Assembly: GCA_017828935.1 (NCBI GenBank)
Contig: JAGAUG010000085.1
Location: forward strand, 1-57,274
Direction of reading: 5' to 3'
Length of the DNA: 57,274 nt
Source: Oscillospiraceae bacterium
GTDB lineage: Bacteria > Bacillota > Clostridia > Oscillospirales > Ruminococcaceae
The notes beneath the pieces are model-generated. The model was not told the DNA's origin. It saw nothing but the letters and a program-made list of their open reading frames with translations, and ran no database searches. The stretch's first letter is position 1. Each line of letters opens with the position of its first letter. A program made the position numbers and the translations under genes. Positions 40,107-47,081 of this stretch are shown piece after piece.

Positions 40107-41894
40107 ATGTATTTTATAAAAAAATTAAATAATTTAAAAAATAATTTAAATATTAAATTACCAAAATTTGGTACGGGGGGGGGTACTAGTAGATATAAAT
40201 ATATAATAATTTTTATTATATTTATACTAAGCATTAGTATTCGGTCTTTTGGAGTTACTATGGATAGTGAAGGCAATACGGATTCTACACTACTACCTGC
40301 TAATTATAAGTATGCAGAAAAAGGTAAAGTAGTAGAAAGAGTGGACGAGAAGGCAAAGTTGCCGATAAAAAATAGTCAGGGTATTTATGAAATTAACGAC
40401 GAAAAAGAGCTAAGGGGCTTTGCTGACATAGTCAAAGGATATGAGCAGTATATGAACTCAAGCAATACAGGAGGAATAAATAGGGTCAAAGCAGAAACAT
40501 CAGCCAACGCGATATTAACTAAAGATATCGAAGTAATTGATTCGACGAATACTTATGCATGTAGTGGCTTACAAGCTCTTCTTGCTGGAACAAAAACAAT
40601 TGATACTCTTGATTCTACAAAAAAAACAGCTTTAGAAGATTTAAATTGGGTTCCGATCGGCGATAATCATGAAATATCAAGCGGTGTGTATTGTCAATAC
40701 ACAGGGACTTTCGACGGAGCAGGACATACGATAAGCGGGATATACTGTAATGTTTATAATGCGTCAGGAAGTGCTTATGTGGGATTATTTGGATATGTTG
40801 GCGAAGGTGGAGAGATTAAAAACTTAGGAATAAAAAATTCGTATATCAGTGGTAATGGTACAGGTAGCAATGGTAGTAGCGATGTCGGAGGAGTAGTAGG
40901 TTTTTGCGGAGGAACGGTTACTAGTAGCTATGGAGAGAACAATACATTAATAGGAAATGGAACAACGTCTAATGTCGGAGGAGTAGTAGGTTTTTGCGCA
41001 GGAGCTGGTTTAAATAAAAGAATTGTAAAAAATTGTTACGGAGCGAATAACAAAATAAGTGGAACAGGAAATAATTCTAACGTCGGAGGAGTTATAGGGA
41101 TCTGTGGTAGTGGAGGAGAAGTAAAGAGTTGTTACGGAGCGAATATAGATTTAACAGGAACAAACAAAGGCGGAATATGTGGAAGTGGTTTAGGGACGAT
41201 AAGTAATTGTTATTATTTAAAAGATGCGGAGCAAAGAATTAATGAGAGCTTATATGGAATAGGAGGTACTGAAACAGACGATGAAGCTACAACAAGAGCG
41301 ACGAGTATTGGAGAATTCAAAGGAAATATAGAAATAACTGTTGATAGGAAACAAACAACTGTTTTAGACGCTTTAAACGCCGAGAGAAAAGTGTTTATAA
41401 AAAATATAAATTTAAAGCCGGGTAGTCACGAATATTTATTGTTGGTCGGAGAATATGAAAAATTATTAAAGATCCCGGTTAGAGTTAAAATAAACTACGA
41501 TCCGAGTAATAATTTAGAAAAGTGGGTTCAGGATCATGTAAGACATGAGTTTTTTAGAAAATCGACTGAGGATTGGGAGTCGATGACTGAAGGTACAGAA
41601 TATAAATTTGATATTGATTTAGTGTCGACAAAGATCGGTGTCGACGGAACTAAAACCCAAGATTTTATATTTAGTTATTATATATTCAAGGCTGAAGATA
41701 CTGATCAATTTGGGTTTAATAAAAGTTATATAAACGTTAAAGACGACAGTTCTAACTACGGAATGAAAGCCGGGAACGCGTTTATGACATACATGAAACA
41801 AGATGTCGGCGGCGGAAAGAAATTATTTATAGATTACGATATAGACCCGAAACAAATATTAGAAAACTACGAAAATTATAATTCTGGGTCTTAA
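40107..41894 (+). CDS. GLUG-motif repeat protein, membrane-anchored or secreted
   Basis: N-terminal hydrophobic anchor (YKYIIIFIIFILSISIRSFGV). At least five GLUG-type repeats (YVGLFGYVGEGGEIKNLG, DVGGVVGFCGGTVTSSYG, NVGGVVGFCAGAG..NCYG, NVGGVIGICGSGGEVKSCYG, NKGGICGSGLGTISNCYY). No LPXTG motif. Confidence 0.8.
   Translation: MYFIKKLNNLKNNLNIKLPKFGTGGGTSRYKYIIIFIIFILSISIRSFGVTMDSEGNTDSTLLPANYKYAEKGKVVERVDEKAKLPIKNSQGIYEINDEKELRGFADIVKGYEQYMNSSNTGGINRVKAETSANAILTKDIEVIDSTNTYACSGLQALLAGTKTIDTLDSTKKTALEDLNWVPIGDNHEISSGVYCQYTGTFDGAGHTISGIYCNVYNASGSAYVGLFGYVGEGGEIKNLGIKNSYISGNGTGSNGSSDVGGVVGFCGGTVTSSYGENNTLIGNGTTSNVGGVVGFCAGAGLNKRIVKNCYGANNKISGTGNNSNVGGVIGICGSGGEVKSCYGANIDLTGTNKGGICGSGLGTISNCYYLKDAEQRINESLYGIGGTETDDEATTRATSIGEFKGNIEITVDRKQTTVLDALNAERKVFIKNINLKPGSHEYLLLVGEYEKLLKIPVRVKINYDPSNNLEKWVQDHVRHEFFRKSTEDWESMTEGTEYKFDIDLVSTKIGVDGTKTQDFIFSYYIFKAEDTDQFGFNKSYINVKDDSSNYGMKAGNAFMTYMKQDVGGGKKLFIDYDIDPKQILENYENYNSGS
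40175..40183 (+). repeat. G9 homopolymer in codons 23-26 of the GLUG gene
   Basis: ggtac-ggggggggg-tactag encodes T-G-G-G. It is the longest G/C run I could find in the window; the next is a G6 in tgt at 22255-22260. Confidence 0.95.
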
Positions 41895-41906
41895 TAAAAT
41901 AAAAAT

Positions 41907-41961
41907 AAAAAAGCTTATTAGAAAATTTAAAATTAAATTAATTTCTAATAGGCTTTTTTTT
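41907..41961. terminator. Bidirectional intrinsic terminator between the GLUG gene and the DAHP synthase gene
   Basis: A 12-bp stem (gcttattagaaa / tttctaataggc, one G-U) flanked by an A6 run upstream and a T8 run downstream. Confidence 0.75.
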
Positions 41962-41978
41962 GAGCTAAGAAAAAAATT

Positions 41979-42773
41979 TTATATATTTAGTGAATTTAAT
42001 AATTTTCTTGTTTCGTCGAAATTTAATTGTTGTCTTGAATCAGAAAGCGCTTTTTCAGGCTGAGGATGTGTTTCTATCATTATACCGTCCGCTCCGGCGA
42101 CAATAACTGATTTAGCAATTTCGTTTATTATATCTTTTCGTCCTAAAGAGTGGCTTAGATCCGCGATAATCGGTAATTTTGTATATTTTTTTATTAAAGC
42201 TATCGAAGAAATATCTAACATGTTTCTGACGCTATTTTCAAACGTTTTTATTCCGCGTTCACACATCAAAATATTTCTGTTACCTTCGAGCGCTAAATAT
42301 TCCGACGCTAATATAAATTCTTCTAAACTGGCGCACATTCCTCGTTTGAGTAACACAGGTTTTTTTGATTTTCCGAGTTCTTTTAACAAATCAAAGTTTT
42401 GCATATTTCTTGAACCAACTTGAAATATATCGATATATTCAGAAAGTTTTTTTATATCCCGAATATCTGTTATTTCTGAGACGGTTATTAGATTATATTT
42501 TTTAGAAATGTGTTTACTAAACTCTAAACCTTGATCTCTTAAGCCTTGAAAACAATATGGCGAAGAACGTGGTTTATATAGACCAGCTCTTAAAAATTTA
42601 ATTCCAATACTAGACAAGAATTTCGCTGATTTTTCTAACATCTGTTGATTTTCAACGCTACAAGGTCCAGCAATAACTATGGGCGACGATATATCTAAAT
42701 TAAAAATATTTCTAATATCAAAAAATTTTTTACTAGAACCAGTTGCTACCAACGGGAATTTTTTTATATTCAT
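41979..42773 (-). CDS. aroF: 3-deoxy-7-phosphoheptulonate (DAHP) synthase, type I-beta, no regulatory domain
   Basis: IAGPCSVEN, KPRSSPY.FQGL, FQVGSRNMQNF, LLKRG and DLSHS..GR motifs of the DAHPS/KDO8PS I-beta family. In a Gram-positive context DAHPS is the likelier call. Confidence 0.8.
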   Translation of the reverse strand: MNIKKFPLVATGSSKKFFDIRNIFNLDISSPIVIAGPCSVENQQMLEKSAKFLSSIGIKFLRAGLYKPRSSPYCFQGLRDQGLEFSKHISKKYNLITVSEITDIRDIKKLSEYIDIFQVGSRNMQNFDLLKELGKSKKPVLLKRGMCASLEEFILASEYLALEGNRNILMCERGIKTFENSVRNMLDISSIALIKKYTKLPIIADLSHSLGRKDIINEIAKSVIVAGADGIMIETHPQPEKALSDSRQQLNFDETRKLLNSLNI

Positions 42774-42905
42774 AAAAGACCTCTATTTTTATGTTTTTAA
42801 TTATAAAACAAAATAGACAACTTATAACGTATTTTTATATAACGAAATAAGTTGCCAATTTTTTTAGTTTGTTTTAATAAATTAAATTGTTTTTTAAATT
42901 ATTAA

Positions 42906-43181
42906 TTATTCATCGCGCATATTCGCAAAACATTCGCTACAATAGACTGGGCGACCTTCAGTTGGTTTAAAAGGAACCTTTGCTTCTTTGCCGCAATTAG
43001 CGCAACTTGCTGTATACATTTGTCTACCAGCTCTAGCTGCTTGTTTTTTAGCATCTCTGCATTCTTTACATCTTTGAGGTTCGTTTGTGAACCCTTTCTC
43101 AGCAAAGAATTCTTGTTCACCTGCTGTAAAAACAAATTCCTTTCCGCAATCTTTACAAACTAAAGTCTTGTCTTCGTACAT
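42906..43181 (-). CDS. CxxC-x17-CxxC zinc-ribbon protein (two modules)
   Basis: 91 aa with CKDCGKEF...(17)...CKECR and CANCGKEA...(17)...CSECF. Visibly more GC-rich than its surroundings. GAGG Shine-Dalgarno. Confidence 0.8.
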   Translation of the reverse strand: MYEDKTLVCKDCGKEFVFTAGEQEFFAEKGFTNEPQRCKECRDAKKQAARAGRQMYTASCANCGKEAKVPFKPTEGRPVYCSECFANMRDE

Positions 43182-43382
43182 AACTACTTTACCTCGCTTA
43201 ACTGAATTAAATTAAAAATTAAATATTTACGCCCATTTACGGTAACGAACCGCATATTGAATATAATATTAAATATATATAAAACTAAATATAAATATCT
43301 TAAAATAGAATACACAACGCTCTCTTGAGCAAAGGGCACACGAAAATAATTCTTAAAAATCATTTTAACTACGCTATAAGAT

Positions 43383-43411
43383 ATTATAAGCGATAAAAAA
43401 CAAAAAGTCAA
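43383..43411 (-). promoter_or_regulatory. Promoter of the zinc-ribbon gene
   Basis: Minus strand reads TTGACT (43411-43406), 17-nt spacer, TATAAT (43388-43383). This implies a 5' leader of about 190 nt. Confidence 0.5.
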
Positions 43412-43585
43412 CTAATTTTTAATTATAAATAAAATAAAAGAAAATAGCTGGCTAATATTTGGTAATCGATTATAAAATAATGACAAGTTTTAAATAAATT
43501 TTAAGTGATATATATAAAAAATAACTTATAAATACGAAAATTATTTTAATAATAATATTATTTAAATAATTTTAAAAATTTTTTA

Positions 43586-43624
43586 TAAAAATATCCGGCC
43601 TTTTTTAAAGACCGGATATTTTTA
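43586..43624. terminator. Bidirectional terminator downstream of the C39-like peptidase gene
   Basis: atatccgg / ccggatat stem with A-rich and T-rich flanks on both sides. Confidence 0.6.
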
Positions 43625-43641
43625 GCTGTCTTTAATTATTT

Positions 43642-44448
43642 TTAATTTTCTGTTTTTTTAGAAATACAAACATATTGCTGGATACTTTGGTTAGCAGGTA
43701 CGACATCGTGATCGAACCATTCGCCCATAAACCTTCTAACACTTCCGAATGTGTATCCATTTTGGTCGTGGTAATTAGTATCATATGGATCAGCAAAAAC
43801 CAAAACATGAGAAGTTGTGTCATCAGGGATACCCATATCATCATAACCGACGATAACTCTCCAATGTCCTCCAAATTCAACGTTTTCCACCAATATTACT
43901 GAGTTTTCTTTTAGTTTAGATTTAATAAACTTAGAAAGTTCTAGTGATGAATCAAACGACTTGCCGTTTGATTTTTGAGTATCGAAAGATGATGTTACGT
44001 TAAAACCTCTGTTTTTAAACGAATTTACAAGAGCCTCAGTAGTCGTTCCCCAAGAGCCATCTTCCCTTGGGTTTCTTGGACTTCTTGTGTCCATTTCTTT
44101 TACTAGGGCGTTTTCTGATACATCACATACACCAAAATGATTAAGAGCCATCACAGCACAAGCAGCTCCGCATGACCAACCTGAAGTTTGTTGGTATGTT
44201 TTAAACTTATCTAATTTAACAAGTGTATTTGTTGGAGATGTATTATAAAAATCAATGCATTTATAATACGGAGAATTTGGAATATTTGCCTTGCCCTCTT
44301 GATCTACGGCTGCAGCACCTAAAATTTTGTTGTCAACAGCTTCAAGTATTGGAATCTTGCTTTCGTTTGCTGCGACAGATATTAAACATAAATTAGTCGC
44401 TAAAACAGCTGTTAATCCTGAAAAAATAACTTTTTTTGTTTTCGTAAC
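43642..44448 (-). CDS. Secreted papain-fold cysteine peptidase, C39-like family
   Basis: The minus-strand frame is open from 44448. It encodes a signal peptide (KTKKVIFSGLTAVLATNLCLISVAA/NES), the catalytic region YQQTSGWSCGAACAVMALNHFG, and the His region GGHWRVIVGYDD. The track ORF (43642-44154) starts after the catalytic Cys. There is no ATG, GTG or TTG in the first 98 codons. GGAG lies 8 nt before the GTT at 44448. Confidence 0.7.
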   Translation of the reverse strand, partial: VTKTKKVIFSGLTAVLATNLCLISVAANESKIPILEAVDNKILGAAAVDQEGKANIPNSPYYKCIDFYNTSPTNTLVKLDKFKTYQQTSGWSCGAACAVMALNHFGVCDVSENALVKEMDTRSPRNPREDGSWGTTTEALVNSFKNRGFNVTSSFDTQKSNGKSFDSSLELSKFIKSKLKENSVILVENVEFGGHWRVIVGYDDMGIPDDTTSHVLVFADPYDTNYHDQNGYTFGSVRRFMGEWFDHDVVPANQSIQQYVCISKKTEN

Positions 44449-44817
44449 TTAAAAAACTCCTTTGTTTATAGTTACTTGTAAAAATTTGTGTTATCAAAAA
44501 ACAAAGAATAATAAATATTCTTGCGATAACTCTTACAAGTGTAAATTATAAATTATAAATTAATTAAAGACTGATTAAAAAAACATATTATATATAATTT
44601 GTTAAAAATAAGCTCTAAATATATAATAATATGTATTTTTGGAAAAGTCAAGAATTTGTAAAAAAAACAAAAAATTTATTTTATTTTTGTTATATATTAT
44701 CTTAACACGGCATTACAAAAAAATATTTCAAAAATATTTGAATTTTTATAGAATCTTAATTAAAAAAACAGTATTTGAATTAATAATAAAATTTAATAAT
44801 AATTTTGGTATGAACAG

Positions 44818-44846
44818 TTGAAAAAATATTAATATTGGGTTATAAT
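44818..44846 (+). promoter_or_regulatory. Promoter of fba
   Basis: TTGAAA, 17-nt spacer, TATAAT. It sits about 57 nt upstream of the ATG. Confidence 0.4.
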
Positions 44847-44903
44847 TATAAGTAGTCAAAGAGCACTAATTAAATTTATTGATAGTTTTAGGAGAGTAAT
44901 GAA

Positions 44904-45749
44904 ATGTTGGTTACAGGTAAAGAAATTTTAGACAAAGCTAATAAAGAAAACATTGCTGTCGGAGCTTTTAATATTAATAACATGGAATGCTTACAAGCTG
45001 TTATCGCGGCAGCAGAAAAAAAACAATCAGCAGTTATAATTCAAACATCAGAAGGAGCAATAAAATACGCCGGTTTAGATTATTTGGCTTCGATGGTGAA
45101 GCTTGCTGCTCAAAAAGCCAGCGTTCCCATCGCGCTACACTTAGATCACGGAACGACTTACGAAACAATTATAAACTGTATCGTTAGCGGGTGGACTTCA
45201 GTAATGTTTGACGGTTCGCACTACGATTTAGAAAATAATATAAAATATACCAAAGAAATCGTGAAAGTTGCTCACGCTTGCGGAGTAAGCGTTGAAGCTG
45301 AGCTTGGTAGACTTTCTGGAGTTGAAGACCAAATCGCTGTCGACGAAAAAGACGTAATGTTTACGGATCCTAATCAAGCAAAAATTTTTGTTCAAGAAAC
45401 AGGTGTAGATTCGTTAGCGATCGCGATCGGTACGGCTCACGGAGTTTATAAAGGCGAACCTAAATTAGATTTCGAAAGACTTTTGGAGATAAAGTCTTTG
45501 TTAAAGATGCCGATAGTTCTACACGGCGCCTCAGGAATTAGCGCTGAAGATCTAAAAAAAGCTATTAAATTAGGAGTTAACAAAATTAATATAGATACAG
45601 ATATAAGACTAGCTTTTAAACAAGGTTTTGAAGAAGTGTTGAAAAATAAACCAGAAGAGTTTGACCCTAGAAAGCTTTGTGGGTCGGCGCGAGAAAAAGT
45701 CCAAAAAGTTGTTGAAAATAAAATAGATATATTTAGCTTAAATATTTAA
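44904..45749 (+). CDS. fba: Class II fructose-1,6-bisphosphate aldolase
   Basis: FNINNMECLQA N-terminal region, HLDHG, FDGS, and the GTAHGVYKG..LDF...LVLHGASG motifs. Confidence 0.93.
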   Translation: MLVTGKEILDKANKENIAVGAFNINNMECLQAVIAAAEKKQSAVIIQTSEGAIKYAGLDYLASMVKLAAQKASVPIALHLDHGTTYETIINCIVSGWTSVMFDGSHYDLENNIKYTKEIVKVAHACGVSVEAELGRLSGVEDQIAVDEKDVMFTDPNQAKIFVQETGVDSLAIAIGTAHGVYKGEPKLDFERLLEIKSLLKMPIVLHGASGISAEDLKKAIKLGVNKINIDTDIRLAFKQGFEEVLKNKPEEFDPRKLCGSAREKVQKVVENKIDIFSLNI

Positions 45750-45778
45750 ATTTTGACACGAAAGGTTGGGTTATATTT

Positions 45779-47053
45779 TTGACTTCCAATATATTTAAGT
45801 GGGCAATAATGATTTTATTAATTGTCTTATCTGCGTTTTTTTCTTCGTCTGAAATGGCCATTACGAGTTTTAATAGGATGAGACTAAAAAACAAAGCCGA
45901 AGACGGAAATAAAAAAGCAACAAGAGCGCTAGAGTTAGCAAATAATTTTGATAAGACAATTTCGAGTATCTTGATCGGGAATACTATTGTTAATTTAGCG
46001 ACAACGTCGATCGTAACTGTCTTGTTTATAGATATGTTTGGTTCTTCGGTTGGGCCTTTAATAGCTACGATTTTTATAAGTGTTGTAGTTTTGATTTTTG
46101 GTGAAATTTTACCTAAAAGCTACGCAAAAGAAAAAGCTGATAGCTATGTTATGAAAGCTTCGGGGGTACTATCTTTTTTCGTAATGATTTTAAATCCGAT
46201 TACGATTTTATTTTTGTGGCTCAGACAGCTGATGAATAAATTTTTAAACAACGAAAACAAAACAGAAGACGGGATGACTGAAGCTGAGCTCAAGTGTATG
46301 ATAGACGAAATCGAACATCAAGGTGGGTTAGAAAAAGACGAGAGCGAATTAGTACAAATGGCGCTCGATTTTGATGAGATAACAGTCGAAGAAATTTTAA
46401 CGCCGCGCGTTGATATGATAGCCATCGAAATAAACGAATCGATAGAAAATATTCAAAAAATATTGATGTCAGAAAAGTTTTCGAGAATACCTGTTTACGA
46501 CAAAACAATAGATAATATCGTAGGTATCTTATTAGAAAGAGAATTTTTTAAGAGTAAGGTTTTAACTAATGATTTTAATATAAAAGAAAATATCCAAAAG
46601 CCTTTATTTGTTCCCCAATGGATGAAAATATCTGATGTTTTAAAAGAGCTCCAAAGAAAGAAGACTCATATGGCAATTGTTGCTGACGAACACGGAGGAA
46701 CGATGGGCTTAGTAACGATGGAAGATTTGTTAGAAGAGCTTGTTGGAGAAATTTGGGATGAATACGACGAAGTAGAACAAAATATTATAAAAATAGACGA
46801 TCAAACATACGAAGTAGAAGGTTCGATGAATATAAAAAGCATGATGGAATATTTGGATTTTTCTACAAAACATTTTGAGCCGGAGGGAAACACTGTTGGA
46901 GGTTGGGTGATGGCTCAGCTTCACAAAATATCTAAAAAAGGCGACTCTTTTGAATATAAAAATATGACGGTTACAATAAAAGAAATTGTTGATCAAAGAG
47001 TTACAAAAGTTATCGTAAAAATTAAGCCGATAGAGATAGAGCCAGAGAAATAA
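45779..47053 (+). CDS. CNNM/HlyC-family transporter (DUF21-CBS-CorC_HlyC)
   Basis: TTG start. Four N-terminal transmembrane helices, a CBS pair (RIPVY...; HMAIVADEHGGTMGLVTMEDLLEELVGEI), and a C-terminal CorC_HlyC domain. Confidence 0.88.
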   Translation: MTSNIFKWAIMILLIVLSAFFSSSEMAITSFNRMRLKNKAEDGNKKATRALELANNFDKTISSILIGNTIVNLATTSIVTVLFIDMFGSSVGPLIATIFISVVVLIFGEILPKSYAKEKADSYVMKASGVLSFFVMILNPITILFLWLRQLMNKFLNNENKTEDGMTEAELKCMIDEIEHQGGLEKDESELVQMALDFDEITVEEILTPRVDMIAIEINESIENIQKILMSEKFSRIPVYDKTIDNIVGILLEREFFKSKVLTNDFNIKENIQKPLFVPQWMKISDVLKELQRKKTHMAIVADEHGGTMGLVTMEDLLEELVGEIWDEYDEVEQNIIKIDDQTYEVEGSMNIKSMMEYLDFSTKHFEPEGNTVGGWVMAQLHKISKKGDSFEYKNMTVTIKEIVDQRVTKVIVKIKPIEIEPEK

Positions 47054-47081
47054 ATCAAAAGCCGGGAGATAAAAAAATTCG

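Noticed and set aside
42902-43135. A 77-aa minus-strand ORF overlapping the zinc-ribbon gene in another frame.
   Set aside because: The overlapping frame (42906-43181) encodes two perfect CxxC-x17-CxxC modules and has a Shine-Dalgarno. This alternative frame has no recognisable features.
43184-43411. A 75-aa minus-strand ORF upstream of the zinc-ribbon gene.
   Set aside because: It spans the promoter and leader and begins upstream of the predicted -10. It is hydrophobic and low-complexity with no Shine-Dalgarno, so I treat the region as 5' UTR.
43632-43902. Two ORFs (43632-43880 minus strand, 43675-43902 plus strand) inside the peptidase locus.
   Set aside because: Both overlap the C39-like peptidase frame, which carries the conserved Cys and His blocks. 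They are shadow ORFs.
44639-44821. A 60-aa K/I/F-rich ORF in the fba upstream region.
   Set aside because: It has a TTG start without a Shine-Dalgarno and AT-driven low complexity. It also overlaps the predicted fba promoter.
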